Assembly (NCBI GenBank): GCA_963790465.1
Contig: CAWBOP010000029.1
Coordinates: 10,503 to 74,502, forward strand
Length of the DNA stretch: 64,000 nt
Direction: 5' to 3'
Source: Terriglobia bacterium
Lineage (GTDB): Bacteria; Acidobacteriota; Polarisedimenticolia; Polarisedimenticolales; JAIQFR01
Every line of letters starts with the position of its first letter. The first letter of the stretch is position 1. This document shows positions 10,713 to 21,133 of this stretch, one piece after another. Under the pieces are notes generated by a model, which was not told where the DNA came from, searched no databases, and saw only the letters and a program-made list of their open reading frames with translations. The translations under genes and the position numbers were made by a program.

Positions 10713-11111
10713 ATGCTCAGCGGGATGATCAAGTCTTCCAGGGAATCCCCCTACAAGAAGAAGTCCATCGGGAAAAAGATCGGGTTCTGGATCGGCGCGA
10801 CCGCCATCGTCGCCGCGAGCGTGGCCGTACTGGCCGGCCTGCTGTTCATGGTGATCAACCCCGACCTCGGCGTGATCAAGAAAGAGGGAGACTTCGAGGT
10901 GGCCGAGGTCAGGCAGACCGCCACGGGGTTCCTCGCCGAAGAGAAGGCGGTCGCGGCCGCGTGGATCACGATCGAGCGGCAGAGGGTCCAGATCCCCCTC
11001 AGGGCCGACAACCGGGCCGGTGTCGAGCCCAAGAAGATCCTCCACGTCAATTACACGTTCACCCCCCGCCTGGGTCTGGTGAAGGTCGAAGGCTGGACTC
11101 TCAAGCCGTAG
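10713..11111 (+). CDS. Hypothetical single-pass membrane protein
   Basis: Basic N-terminus plus one TM helix; codon usage typical of real genes here; start uncertain. Confidence 0.65.
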   Translation: MLSGMIKSSRESPYKKKSIGKKIGFWIGATAIVAASVAVLAGLLFMVINPDLGVIKKEGDFEVAEVRQTATGFLAEEKAVAAAWITIERQRVQIPLRADNRAGVEPKKILHVNYTFTPRLGLVKVEGWTLKP

Positions 11112-11193
11112 GCGGCGGGTCCCGCCGGCCTCCTGGAACCTCCGGGCCTTGCCGGCCGTACCATTCGCCTGAACACAACCGATGGAGGCGACC

Positions 11194-12150
11194 ATGGCAC
11201 GACGCCCTTGCGCGCTGCGACTGGCCGGGTTTTCGATGCTCGTCCTTCTGCTTGCCCTTCCCGCCGCCGCGGGAAGCCGGATCGAGAAGAGCCTGACCCT
11301 TGCCCCCGGCGGCAAGCTGGTCGTGAACGCCGAGGCGGGAGGCATCTCGGTCACCGGGAGCGACGAGCCCGGCGCCCGCATTGTTGTCACCTCGACCTCG
11401 GACGATCTCGAGAAGCGCTACAAGTTGGAGTTCGAGGAAGCGCCTGGCGAGGTGCGCGTCACCGGCAAGAAGGCCGATCGCGGCTGGACTCGCGGCCTTT
11501 CGGTCCACTTCGAAATCCGTGTCCCGAAAGCGACCGGTCTCTCTCTCCGTACGTCGGGAGGTTCCATGGAGGTGTCCGCTGTCGAAGGGACGGTCGCCGT
11601 GAACACGTCCGGCGGCTCGATCTCGATCGTGGAGTTGGTAGGGAACCTCAAGGCGAATACGTCGGGTGGAAGCATCTCGCTCCGACAGGTCAAGGGGAGC
11701 GCCGTCGTGGAGACCTCCGGCGGGAGCATCGAGGCCTCCTCGATCGTGGGTCCGCTCGACGCCCACACGAGCGGCGGCCACGTCGAGGTCGTGGACGTAT
11801 CCGGCGACGCGGTGCTGCGCACGTCCGGCGGCTCGATCCAGGCGAAGAACGCCGGCGGCCGCGTGATGGCCGAGACGTCCGGCGGCTCCGTCGACGTGTC
11901 GTTCGCGCGGGGAAACACCCGGGGGGGCGACCTCGAGACCTCGGCCGGCTCGGTTCACGTGACGGTGGACGCCGCCGCGAATCTCACGGTGGACGCCAGC
12001 ACCTCCGCCGGCCGGATCTCGACCGATTTCCCGCTTCAGGTCACCGGCACCATCGGCAGCTCGAGCGTGCGCGGGACGATCGGCAAGGGAGGCGAGGCGC
12101 TCAGGATCCGCACCTCCGCGGGATTGATCGAGCTGAAGGCCTTGAAGTAG
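11194..12150 (+). CDS. DUF4097 family beta-strand repeat protein, secreted
   Basis: Signal peptide; repeated TSGGSI units. Confidence 0.88.
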   Translation: MARRPCALRLAGFSMLVLLLALPAAAGSRIEKSLTLAPGGKLVVNAEAGGISVTGSDEPGARIVVTSTSDDLEKRYKLEFEEAPGEVRVTGKKADRGWTRGLSVHFEIRVPKATGLSLRTSGGSMEVSAVEGTVAVNTSGGSISIVELVGNLKANTSGGSISLRQVKGSAVVETSGGSIEASSIVGPLDAHTSGGHVEVVDVSGDAVLRTSGGSIQAKNAGGRVMAETSGGSVDVSFARGNTRGGDLETSAGSVHVTVDAAANLTVDASTSAGRISTDFPLQVTGTIGSSSVRGTIGKGGEALRIRTSAGLIELKALK

Positions 12151-12282
12151 GGAGCGGGTGATCCAACCCATCTGAAGGTGTCCCTTCGCGGCGCGATCCG
12201 CGCGGGAAGTTCCAGACGGCGCAGGGCGTCCACTCGCACGGATCGACGCATTGCGTTCCCGCGACGGACAGGAAGATAATCC

Positions 12283-12511
12283 CGCTCTTTGCCGAAATGT
12301 GTAGACCGTCGTGGATCCAAGCTGCCCTCGCCAGTCGAGCCCGGGCAGTAGCCTTCTGAACCTTGAGGATCAGATACTTGTGGTCTCGGTAACCTCGCCC
12401 GCGTCGGATCATCGAGCGGATGTTTCCGTTGATCGCCTCGACGACTCCGAAGGGCACTTTGTGATGACAGTAGGCGAGGATCCCATCGAGATGGCGTTGA
12501 AGCGCCCCCAT
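12283..12511 (-). mobile_element. ISL3-family transposase C-terminal remnant
   Basis: HLDGILAY...VEAINGNIRSMIRRGRGYRD matches the ISL3 C-terminal signature; possible right end ...GGCAAAGAGC. Confidence 0.75.
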
Positions 12512-12624
12512 GAGCTTCCATTGGCCTCCCTCGATCGGCGCCTCCGTACGGCGGCGGCCGCGGCCGCTCTCAGGGTGCTGTGAGGTTCCCAGGATCTCGC
12601 GCTTGCACGGAAGGAAGGTGCCTC

Positions 12625-13125
12625 ATGGCCTTGAGCCTCGCCAGGATGGAGACGCCGGTGGGGGCGCTGCTGCTGTTCGCGGCGGACGGGTCGCTCTGCG
12701 GCCTGGCGTTCGAGGACCGGTGCGGCGGGCTCAAGAAACATCTGAACCGTCGGTTCGGCGGCCAGGTGATCGAGGAGGAGGCGGACCCGGCGGGGGCGGT
12801 CTCGCGGTTGACGGCGTACTTTGCGGGCGACCTCGACGCCATCGACGGCATCCACGCGGCCCCGGGCGGCACGCCGTTCCAGCAGGAAGTCTGGCGGGCG
12901 CTCCGGCGTGTCCCGGCCGGCCGCACGGTTTCGTACTCCGATCTGGCCGGGCTCTCGGGTCACCCGGACGCGGTCCGTGCGGTGGGTCTCGCGAACGCTC
13001 GCAATCCGGTGGCGATCGTGATCCCCTGTCACCGCGTCATCGGCGCCGATGGGTCCCTGACCGGCTACGGTGGCGGTCTCGAGCGCAAGGCCTGGCTCCT
13101 GCGCCATGAGGGGGGTCTGCTCTGA
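12625..13125 (+). CDS. ogt: Methylated-DNA--protein-cysteine methyltransferase
   Basis: GTPFQQEVW, RAVGLANARNP, IPCHRVIG, GYGGG. Confidence 0.93.
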   Translation: MALSLARMETPVGALLLFAADGSLCGLAFEDRCGGLKKHLNRRFGGQVIEEEADPAGAVSRLTAYFAGDLDAIDGIHAAPGGTPFQQEVWRALRRVPAGRTVSYSDLAGLSGHPDAVRAVGLANARNPVAIVIPCHRVIGADGSLTGYGGGLERKAWLLRHEGGLL

Positions 13126-13246
13126 TCGCGGGTGGCCGCGGACCGATCTCGGCATCCTGGCGGGTCGTCGCGTACGCCGGTGACGCCGCGGGGGGGATCC
13201 GCATCTCGAAGAGAGGAGCCGCCGGACGGCGGCCGGAGGAGCGAGC

Positions 13247-13636
13247 ATGGAGATGACGATCGAGTTTCCCGGCGGGGACCGGGTGGATGCCGTCTTCGCA
13301 GGGCTAGAGGTCGCGACGAGCCAGGACGGTTCCGGGCCCTCTCCTTTCGATCTGTTTCTCGCGTCCATCGGGACCTGCGCGGGGTTCTACGTGTTGAGGT
13401 TCTGCCGCCAGCGCGGGATCCCGACCGAGAACCTCCGGATCCGCCAGCGCGCGATCGCCGGTCCCGTCAGCAAGATGATCGAGAAGATCGAGCTCGAGAT
13501 CGAGTTGCCTCCCGGATTCCCCGAAACGTACCGCGAGGCGGTGATCCGCTCCGCGCAGCTCTGTGCCGTCAAGAAGCACCTCGAAAGCCCGCCCCGGATC
13601 GAGGTGCGAGCGGTCCCGGCCGGTGACGCCGCCTGA
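13247..13636 (+). CDS. OsmC family protein
   Basis: PSPFDLFLASIGTCAG ... LCAVKKHL. Confidence 0.88.
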   Translation: MEMTIEFPGGDRVDAVFAGLEVATSQDGSGPSPFDLFLASIGTCAGFYVLRFCRQRGIPTENLRIRQRAIAGPVSKMIEKIELEIELPPGFPETYREAVIRSAQLCAVKKHLESPPRIEVRAVPAGDAA

Positions 13637-13675
13637 ATCGCCGTCGTTGACCGGCCGGACCCGACCACGCGCATA

Positions 13676-14230
13676 ATGGACCGCGATCGGAGCGATCCCG
13701 TGAGCGCCACGCCCACACCCAGGTCCGTCAAGGCGATCGGTTGGAGCTGCGTGGCGTTCGGCGCCTTTCTCCTGTGGGCCGCCGGCCTGTCGTTGCTCGT
13801 CTGGCTCCTGCTGCCGCAGGCGCTCGACCCCGCCGTGTCCGCACTCGGCTCCGAGTTGCCTCTCATGCGCTGGATTCGCGCCCACTGGACGGCGTACGCC
13901 CTCGCTCAGGGGGTTCTGGGAATCGCTCACGTCGCCGTCGGCGTCGGCTTCGTGAAACTGCGGGAGTGGGGGCGCGTATCGCTGGAGTCGATCTGCTGGT
14001 TGTTCCTCGCGGGGACGTTCGTTTCCACCTGGATGTGGGGAGTGGGGCCCTCCTTGGCGGGTGGCGATTCTCGGGAACCGCCTTCGATACTGTGGACGGT
14101 CGCCGGTTGGCTGTTCGTCGTCGCGCAGGTCGTGGGGCTGGCGCTGCTTCTTAGCTTCCTGCGCCGCAAGGCGACCCGGGCCGTCTTCGCCGGCGCGCGG
14201 CTCCGCGCGCCAACGGACCGAGGGATGTAA
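13676..14230 (+). CDS. Hypothetical membrane protein (about 4 TM)
   Basis: Four hydrophobic segments; GVGFVKLREWGR. Confidence 0.6.
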   Translation: MDRDRSDPVSATPTPRSVKAIGWSCVAFGAFLLWAAGLSLLVWLLLPQALDPAVSALGSELPLMRWIRAHWTAYALAQGVLGIAHVAVGVGFVKLREWGRVSLESICWLFLAGTFVSTWMWGVGPSLAGGDSREPPSILWTVAGWLFVVAQVVGLALLLSFLRRKATRAVFAGARLRAPTDRGM

Positions 14231-14430
14231 CGACCGTCCAGGACACGGCCTCCTTTCGCGAACGTTGCGTCCGAGCAAACCCGCCGTTGCGGCCGGGCAA
14301 CATATCCGGCGCGAACCGGCGGCGACGGGTCGCAATGCGCGTACTTTCCCCTTCGCAAGGGGGCGCGCGACGCCCCGCCGTTGCCGGATCTCAACGGCAC
14401 GTGCCGCGCCATGTTCCTGAGGGGAAGCCG

Positions 14431-14510
14431 ATGGTCATCCTGGCGGTGGACGACGAGCCGTTCCTGGCTGAATTGATCCAGGAAGCCCTGGAGCGCGAAG
14501 GGCACATCGA
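14431..14510 (+). pseudogene. Response regulator receiver N-terminal fragment
   Basis: MVILAVDDEPFLAELIQEALEREGH after a GAGGGG SD; similarity ends abruptly before the repeat. Confidence 0.6.
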
Positions 14511-14556
14511 CGGTCTAAAATTTTGTGGGACTTCGAAACCGAGAAGACGGAACGCG

Positions 14557-14762
14557 AGCCCGGATTATTCCTGAAGAACCGTAGCGAGACCGACTTCGGC
14601 GAGTTCAGTCGAGCCGCGGAGATGCCCGTCATGCTTGGCGCTCGCAGGACCGAGGACCCGACGCGTACTGTACCGTACGTGGAGGGTCCGAGGCCCGAGA
14701 ACGCCGAGCAGGGCGGGCAGATACGCGGTCGCAGTAGGTTCTTCAGGAATAGTGCGGGCTAG
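14557..14762. repeat. MITE/REP-like element, inverted relative to the 58516-58696 copy
   Basis: Near-identical reverse complement of 58516-58696 with an extra ~24 bp; terminal inverted repeats. Confidence 0.85.
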
Positions 14763-15613
14763 AACAGCTGCCGGATCTCGGCGATCTCGTCCTCGATGTC
14801 CACCATGAGGGAGGCCATCTCGATGTCGGAGAGCTTGAGGCGGTCCACGCACGGGAGCTCGAGAAGCCGGAGGTGCGGATCGGGGTGCATGTGGGCCCCG
14901 ACCTTCCGCGCGACGGCACACGCTGCCTGCACCCGCGCCACCAGCAGATCCGTCGCCGCTGCCGCCGGATCGTGGTGTTGCCGGGCGACCCGGCAGACCG
15001 GCTCGGGGAGCTTCCAGAATTCCAGGACCTGGGTCCCCAGCTCGGCGTGAAGCAGATCCATCAGGCCCTCGACCACAGCCAGAGTCACTTGCGGATGTCC
15101 TTGCTGCTCGAGATAGTCCACCGCGCGCAGCGTGAGGAGCCGGCCGGCGTCGTGAAGGAGGCCCGCAAGAAACGCCTCCTCGGCGTCGCCGCTCCCGGTA
15201 CGGGCGATTCGCCTCGCGCAGATCGCGGTGGCGACCGCGTGGTCCCAGAGCGAGCGGAGGAGTTGCAGCCGGGCCGGGTCCGTACTGTGGAAGTTGCCTT
15301 TGTGAGCGACCACGACCACCACCGCACCGACCATCCTGAGGCCGAGTCTCACCACCGCCTGTCCGAGGTCGGTGACCGTCTGGAGGCCGCCGTACGCCGC
15401 GGAATTCGCGACGCGGATCACCGCCGCCGACACCGCCGCGTCGTTGCGGATCATGGCGGCGACCGCCTTCGCGTCGGCGTCTTCCGATTCGATCATCTTG
15501 CGGAGGCGAATCGTCAGCTCGGGAAGCGGTGGAAGCTCGACGGCTCCCGACGTGATGGCCGCGCGGACGTCGTCGGCTATCGAATGCGTGGCGGTCCCAG
15601 GCAACTCGATCAC
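14759..15613 (-). CDS. HDOD domain protein
   Basis: LPPLPE, VIRVANSAAY, AVVRLG, EAFLAGLLHDAG, HAELG, WKLPE. Confidence 0.92.
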   Translation of the reverse strand: MIELPGTATHSIADDVRAAITSGAVELPPLPELTIRLRKMIESEDADAKAVAAMIRNDAAVSAAVIRVANSAAYGGLQTVTDLGQAVVRLGLRMVGAVVVVVAHKGNFHSTDPARLQLLRSLWDHAVATAICARRIARTGSGDAEEAFLAGLLHDAGRLLTLRAVDYLEQQGHPQVTLAVVEGLMDLLHAELGTQVLEFWKLPEPVCRVARQHHDPAAAATDLLVARVQAACAVARKVGAHMHPDPHLRLLELPCVDRLKLSDIEMASLMVDIEDEIAEIRQLF

Positions 15614-17886
15614 GGCTTCCTCCCGAGCCAGTCCGCCTCGCGGAGCGCGGAGGGGGGGCGGGCGTTCTGGTCACGCGGCGCTCCGGTCACCACCTCCGAG
15701 AGGGTGGTGGCGCCCGAAATGGCTTTCAGGATCCCGTCCTCCTGGAGGGTCAGGAATCCTGGCAGCTTTCGTGCGAGCGCCCGCAGCACCTTGGAAGGGG
15801 AGCGGTCCAGGACCGCGTCTCGGAAATCGTCGTCGGGCAGAAGCACCTCGTGGATTCCCGTGCGTCCCTTGAATCCGCTCCCTCCGCACTTCGGGCAGCC
15901 GGCCCCCTCGACCAGGCCGAAGCCGTCGAAATCCGATCGCTCGAGGCCGAGGAATCTCAGATCCTCGCGGGAGGCCTCGGCCGGACGCCGGCAATCCGGG
16001 CAGATCCTTCGGACCAGCCGCTGGGCGACGATGGTGTTCATCGTCGAGGCGACCAGGAACGGCTCGATGCCGAGGTCGAGAAGGCGCGCCACCGCCCCGA
16101 CCGAGTCCTCGGTGTGGAGCGACGTGAACACCTTGTGTCCCGTGAGCGCCGATTCCACCGCCAGCCTCGACGTGAGGGGGTCGCGGATCTCGCCGACCAC
16201 GATCACGTCGGGATCCTGGCGGACCATTGCCCGCAGGGAGTCGGCGAACGTGGGTCCGGTCTTCTCGTTGACCGAGCACTGGGCGATCCCCTCGATCACA
16301 TACTCCACCGGATCCTCGCAGGTGATGACCTTGATGGACGGGTCGTTCACGTAATCCACGAACGAGTAGAGCGTCGTGGTCTTGCCGCTCCCGGTCGGGC
16401 CGGTGATGAGCACGAGACCGGTGGAGGAGCGCAGCACCACCTCGCGAAGGATCGAGAGGACCCCCGGCTCGAACCCCAGATGCTCCAGCGGGTGCAGGCC
16501 GCGCCGCCGGTCGAGGAGACGGAGCACGATGGTCTCGCCGAACATCGTGGCATAGATCGAGGCGCGGATGTCCACCTCGCGTCCCTCGACCTTGACGAAG
16601 ATCCTCCCGTCCTGGTGGAGACGCCGCTCTGCGATGTCCGCCCCAGCGAGGATCTTCAGGCGGGAGAGCACCTTGCCCGCGAATTCCGCCGGCAGATCGG
16701 TGAGGTTGCGCATCACTCCGTCCACCCGGATCCGGACGCGCACCTTGCCGTTCATCGGCTCGATGTGGAGGTCGCTGGCCCCCAGTTCGATGGAGCGGAG
16801 CAGCAGGTAGTCGACGATCTGGACCGCCCCCTCGCCGCTCTCGTCGGCCGCTGGCGTCTCCTGGATCTCCCGGTACTGAAGCGATGTGCCGGCGCCGGTC
16901 GCTCCCTCGTCGCGCAGCCGCTCGAGCGTGGCGAGCGCTTCGGCGATCCGCGCGGACGGGGCGGCGCAGGCGTTGACCTTGACGCCGTAGATCACCGCGA
17001 GGTCCGTGAGGAGCTGCCGGTTCAGCGGGTCGCTCACGACCACGGTCAGGGTGCCGTCGACGATTCGGAGCGGGAGCGCCCCGTTCTTCCTCAGGAACGG
17101 GATGGAGGTCTTCAAGAGCAGCGCCGTGTCCACGAGGCCGACCTCGGGATCGAGGAGCGGGATGTCGTGCTTCGCGGAGACCGCCTGGAGGTACTGTTCC
17201 TCGGTGACCAGGCCGCCATCCACGAGGAGCGACCTCTCCGGCCGCCCCGGCGTTTTCCTGTGGGCCTCCTGGTAGGCTGCGTATCCTTCCTCGGTCACGA
17301 AACCGTCTTCGCGGAGGATGGACACCAGGTCGAGCCGCGAGCGATGGAGCTTGCTGATCCGCTCGTACTCGGCCCGGGCGAGCTGCCCCAACTCGACCAG
17401 GACCTCTCCGATCGGCTTGGGCTTCTCGAGGCGCGCCGCGATCCGCCGTGCCCGCTCGATCTGCTCCGGCGACAGGGCCGCCTCCTGGCGCAGCAAGGCG
17501 ATCTCCCGCTCGAGCCGCCGCTCGCTGACGGCGTCGTGGAGGCATTCCCGAAGCTCGTCGGCGTCCCAGGGTTTCGTCAGGAAGCGCCGAACCTCCACCT
17601 GGTTCACCGCGGTCATCACCGTCTTCGAGTCGGACAGACCGGTGAGCATCATCCGGACCACGTCGGGATGGCGCTCGCGGACCTTGGCCAGGAGCTCGGC
17701 GCCGTTCATCCCCGGCATGGTCTGGTCCGAGACCACGACGTCGACCGGGCGGGTGGCGAGGAGTTCGAGAGCCTCGGGTCCTCCCGATGCGGTGAGCACC
17801 GTGAGCCCCTCGTCCTCCGCGAGCGTGCGCTCGATCGCCCTCAAAATGCCGGGCTCGTCGTCCACGAACAGGACCGTGCCCCTCAT
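15610..17886 (-). CDS. Receiver domain fused to GspE/PilB-family secretion/pilus ATPase
   Basis: REC (VDDE, SDQTMPGMNG, TKPW); degenerate MshEN-like segment; ASDLHIEP, GPTGSGKTT, EDPVE, DPDVIVVGEIRD, TGH...LHT, CPDC/CPKC. Confidence 0.9.
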   Translation of the reverse strand: MRGTVLFVDDEPGILRAIERTLAEDEGLTVLTASGGPEALELLATRPVDVVVSDQTMPGMNGAELLAKVRERHPDVVRMMLTGLSDSKTVMTAVNQVEVRRFLTKPWDADELRECLHDAVSERRLEREIALLRQEAALSPEQIERARRIAARLEKPKPIGEVLVELGQLARAEYERISKLHRSRLDLVSILREDGFVTEEGYAAYQEAHRKTPGRPERSLLVDGGLVTEEQYLQAVSAKHDIPLLDPEVGLVDTALLLKTSIPFLRKNGALPLRIVDGTLTVVVSDPLNRQLLTDLAVIYGVKVNACAAPSARIAEALATLERLRDEGATGAGTSLQYREIQETPAADESGEGAVQIVDYLLLRSIELGASDLHIEPMNGKVRVRIRVDGVMRNLTDLPAEFAGKVLSRLKILAGADIAERRLHQDGRIFVKVEGREVDIRASIYATMFGETIVLRLLDRRRGLHPLEHLGFEPGVLSILREVVLRSSTGLVLITGPTGSGKTTTLYSFVDYVNDPSIKVITCEDPVEYVIEGIAQCSVNEKTGPTFADSLRAMVRQDPDVIVVGEIRDPLTSRLAVESALTGHKVFTSLHTEDSVGAVARLLDLGIEPFLVASTMNTIVAQRLVRRICPDCRRPAEASREDLRFLGLERSDFDGFGLVEGAGCPKCGGSGFKGRTGIHEVLLPDDDFRDAVLDRSPSKVLRALARKLPGFLTLQEDGILKAISGATTLSEVVTGAPRDQNARPPSALREADWLGRKP

Positions 17887-19211
17887 CGTGCCGCCCCCGC
17901 GGATGCTTCGAGCGGCAGGAGCACCCGAAACGTGCTTCCGCTTCCGGCAGCAGACTCCGCCTCGAGGCTTCCACCGTGGCTCCGGACGATGTCGTTCGAA
18001 AGGGCGAGCCCGAGGCCGGTTCCCGTGCCGGTTGGCTTGGTCGTGAAAAAGGGCTCAAAAATCTTCGAGAGGAGTTCCGGCGAAATGCCGCAGCCGGTGT
18101 CCCGTACCTCGACGACCGCCATGCCGCCGCGGACCTCGGTCGAGACCGTGATCGTGCCCCTCTCCGGAATGGCCTGGGCGGCGTTGACCAGCAGGTTGGC
18201 GATCACCTGGTGGATCTCGCCGGGACGGCACAGGACGGGCGGCAGCTCGCTCAGGTCGCGCACCACCTCCGCCTTGTGCTTGATCGTGTTCCTGCAGATC
18301 AGAAGGGCGCTTTCGAGGCAGGCGTTGAGGTCGGTCGGCACCGGCTCGGTCTCGCTCATCCGGGACATCGTCTTGAGGGCCGACACGATCTCCCGGATCC
18401 TCCGCATCCCGTCCCGCGAGTCCTCGACGAGGGGAACGAGGTCCTTCCGGATGACGTCGATGCGCGCAGCGCGGCCGGCTTGCTGGATCCGCATCCTCGC
18501 GCCCTGGAGATCCCGCGGCTCGGCGGGGGCCTTCTCGATCTCGCCCAGGGAGTCGAGAAGGCCGAGCAGCCTCGTCGCGTACATATGAAGCGTGTCGAGG
18601 TTGGATTGCACGAAGGCGACGGGGTTGTTGATCTCGTGCCCGATGCCGGCCGCGAGGACGCCGATGCCCGCCAGCTTCTCCGACTGCAGAAGCCGCTGGT
18701 GCGCCTCCTCCAGCTGTCGGGTCCTCTCCCGAACCTCCTGTTCGAGGTGGGACTGGAGGTACTCGAGCCGCCGCCGCCGGTTCCACTCCATGACCATCTG
18801 AACGCCGTGGCGGTGAAGCTCATGAATGCTGACCGGCTTGGCCGCGAATCCCCAGTCCTCTTCCCGCCCGCGAAAGATGGGAACCAGCCGGTCGAGGATC
18901 TCGCTCCCGGCGCCGGAGATCACCGTGCAGGCCATCCTCGGATCGACGCGGACGACGCGGGCGATGGTCTCGATGCCGTCGAGATTCCCGGAGAGCATCA
19001 GGTCGAAGAACCCGCCGCAGAACGGCCGCTCGCTCGAGACCGCCTCCTCGACCGCCCGTAGGGCCGCTTGTCCCGTGGACGTGGCGGTCACCTCGATCCG
19101 GAGATCTCCCCCTTCCGGCGCGTGGATGACGATCTGGTCGAGGACGTCCCTGTAGAGGTCGAGAAGATCGGGCTCGTCCTCGACCACCAGGAGCCGTGTG
19201 GAACTCGTCAT
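17883..19211 (-). CDS. Cytoplasmic REC-HisKA-HATPase histidine kinase
   Basis: VVEDEPD, FDLML; H-box AGIGHEINNP; NLLVNAAQA, DTGCGI, PFFTTK, GTGLGL; no TM segment. Confidence 0.9.
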   Translation of the reverse strand: MTSSTRLLVVEDEPDLLDLYRDVLDQIVIHAPEGGDLRIEVTATSTGQAALRAVEEAVSSERPFCGGFFDLMLSGNLDGIETIARVVRVDPRMACTVISGAGSEILDRLVPIFRGREEDWGFAAKPVSIHELHRHGVQMVMEWNRRRRLEYLQSHLEQEVRERTRQLEEAHQRLLQSEKLAGIGVLAAGIGHEINNPVAFVQSNLDTLHMYATRLLGLLDSLGEIEKAPAEPRDLQGARMRIQQAGRAARIDVIRKDLVPLVEDSRDGMRRIREIVSALKTMSRMSETEPVPTDLNACLESALLICRNTIKHKAEVVRDLSELPPVLCRPGEIHQVIANLLVNAAQAIPERGTITVSTEVRGGMAVVEVRDTGCGISPELLSKIFEPFFTTKPTGTGTGLGLALSNDIVRSHGGSLEAESAAGSGSTFRVLLPLEASAGAAR

Positions 19212-19505
19212 GCGTCTCCCCGGATGCCCAGCAACGGCCGGAGTCTTGGCCCTGTGGCCCAATGGCCCGACCACCCCGGTTATCGGCCTGTTGGAACTCG
19301 ACTTGAGGCGTGGAGACGCGCCCGGCGCCGTATCCCGACGCCGAATTCCAGCATCTCCTATAGCAAGGAATTGCTCAGCCGTCACGCAGAAGGGAGTCTG
19401 CGAGAACGGCCGTGACGGGGCCTTCCGGCGCGCCTGCGGTATGATGCATCGCCGGGGTGGCGCGGCTCGCGGGGCGCATCCTGGCGGAGACGAAGCCGTG
19501 AGCGC

Positions 19506-19739
19506 GAAGCCCGCTCGATCCGCCTGATGACGAACAGCCCGTCCAAGATCGACCGACTCACCCGCTACGGGATTCCGGTGGGCGGCAGGATCCCCCATGT
19601 GATGCCCTCGAATCCGCACAACCGGTTCTACCTCGAGACCCAAGCCGGCCGCCCCGGCCACTGGCTCGACGTGTCCGGGAAGCGGCGCCTCGAGGAGCAG
19701 AGCGACCCCGCGCGGGTGGAGGGGATGCCCGAGGAATGA
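19506..19739 (+). pseudogene. GTP cyclohydrolase II (RibA) C-terminal fragment
   Basis: SIRLMTNSPSKIDRL..YGI.V..RIP....NPHNRFYLET....GH matches the RibA C-terminus; catalytic N-terminal part absent. Confidence 0.7.
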
Positions 19740-21133
19740 CCCAGGGCAGACCCGGCCCGAGACGGCCTGCCGCGCGGCTCGCGGCGGTAGCGGCGTGCCT
19801 GGCGCTGGCGTTCGGCGTTCCGGCGCTCGCCGACGTTTTCCGCATCCTGGACGAGGATCAGGAGGCCGCGCAGGCGCGCATCGACCTCGTCCAGCAGGCC
19901 CGCGTCTCCCTCGATGCCGAGTATTTCATCGTCGAGAACGACCAGGTATCGCGGGTCGGTCTCGCGCTGCTGCGCGATGCGGCCCGGCGCGGCGTGTCGG
20001 TGCGGCTGATCGTCGACGGCAGCTTCAACCGGATGTCGAAAGCGATCCAGGCGTACCTGGTGAGCCAGGGGGTCGAGATTCGGGAGTACCACCCGTTCCG
20101 GCTCACGAAACCCCGCTGGTGGACCCGCCGGCTGCACGACAAGCTCCTGGTGGCGGACGGCGCTCGGATGCTGACCGGCGGGCGCAACGTCGCGAACCCG
20201 TACTTCGGCTTCGGCGGGAGGAACTACGTCGACCGCGACGCCTTCGTCGCCGGCCGTGCGGCGGCGGACGCGCGGGCGTACTTTCACGATCTCTGGTACA
20301 GCGGGGAGGTGAGGGAAACGCGTCTCGGCGCCTTCGGCCTCTCGATCCTGTCCGCGGAGTGCGAGACGATCCCGCGGGAGGCGGAGCGGTGGCGCTGCGC
20401 CGAGAGGCGAAAGGTGGCCATCGAGGCGCACCACCGGGCGGAGCGTCTCCTGGACGAGGCGATGGTGGCGCTCCGGCTGGCGAGCTGGGTCCGCTACGAC
20501 ACCGGGACCGACTGGACCGCGGGAGAGCGCGACCTCGAGGATGTGAAATTCCTCCACGAGCCGGTGGGTCGCGCGGCGGACGCGCGGGGGATCGGCAACG
20601 AGTTGCTCGACCTGATGGGTTCCTCGTCCGCCTCGCTCACGATCGAATCCCCGTATCTCGTGCCGTCCCGGGCGTTCCTGCGCGCGCTCCGCGGCCTTCT
20701 CCGCCGCGGCGTGCACGTCAGGGTTTTGACGAACTCGCTGAACTCCACCGACAACCTCCTCGCGCAGGCCGGCTACGTCGGCCGGAAGCGGAAGCTCGTG
20801 CGGATGGGGGTGGAGATCTGGGAATTCCGCGGCCCCGAGTCCATGCACGCGAAGTCGGCGGTGATCGATGGCGAGACGGCGGTGGTGGGGACGTTCAACA
20901 TCGACCCGCGGTCCGAGTACTTGAACACCGAGCTGGCCGTGGTGGCGGTCGACACGGATCTCTCGGCCCGCCTTCGCGCGTCGATGGACGCCCACCTCTC
21001 CCGGGCGTTCCGGATCGGCAGCGACGGGAAGCCGGTCGGCGAGAGCCGAAAACACCCGGGCGTGTCGTGCCTCAAGCGCTTCAAGCTCGGCCTCCTTCGG
21101 CTGCTCGCTCCGTTCATCCAGAAGCAGCTGTGA
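19736..21133 (+). CDS. Phospholipase D family protein (ClsC/YmdC-like)
   Basis: Two HKD motifs, RRLHDKLLVADG and MHAKSAVIDG; GGRN; FNIDPRS. Confidence 0.9.
   Translation: MTQGRPGPRRPAARLAAVAACLALAFGVPALADVFRILDEDQEAAQARIDLVQQARVSLDAEYFIVENDQVSRVGLALLRDAARRGVSVRLIVDGSFNRMSKAIQAYLVSQGVEIREYHPFRLTKPRWWTRRLHDKLLVADGARMLTGGRNVANPYFGFGGRNYVDRDAFVAGRAAADARAYFHDLWYSGEVRETRLGAFGLSILSAECETIPREAERWRCAERRKVAIEAHHRAERLLDEAMVALRLASWVRYDTGTDWTAGERDLEDVKFLHEPVGRAADARGIGNELLDLMGSSSASLTIESPYLVPSRAFLRALRGLLRRGVHVRVLTNSLNSTDNLLAQAGYVGRKRKLVRMGVEIWEFRGPESMHAKSAVIDGETAVVGTFNIDPRSEYLNTELAVVAVDTDLSARLRASMDAHLSRAFRIGSDGKPVGESRKHPGVSCLKRFKLGLLRLLAPFIQKQL

Noticed and set aside
14231-14430. Possible structured ncRNA in GC-rich intergenic DNA
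   Set aside because: Only short hairpins expected at this GC content; no recognisable family or boundaries.
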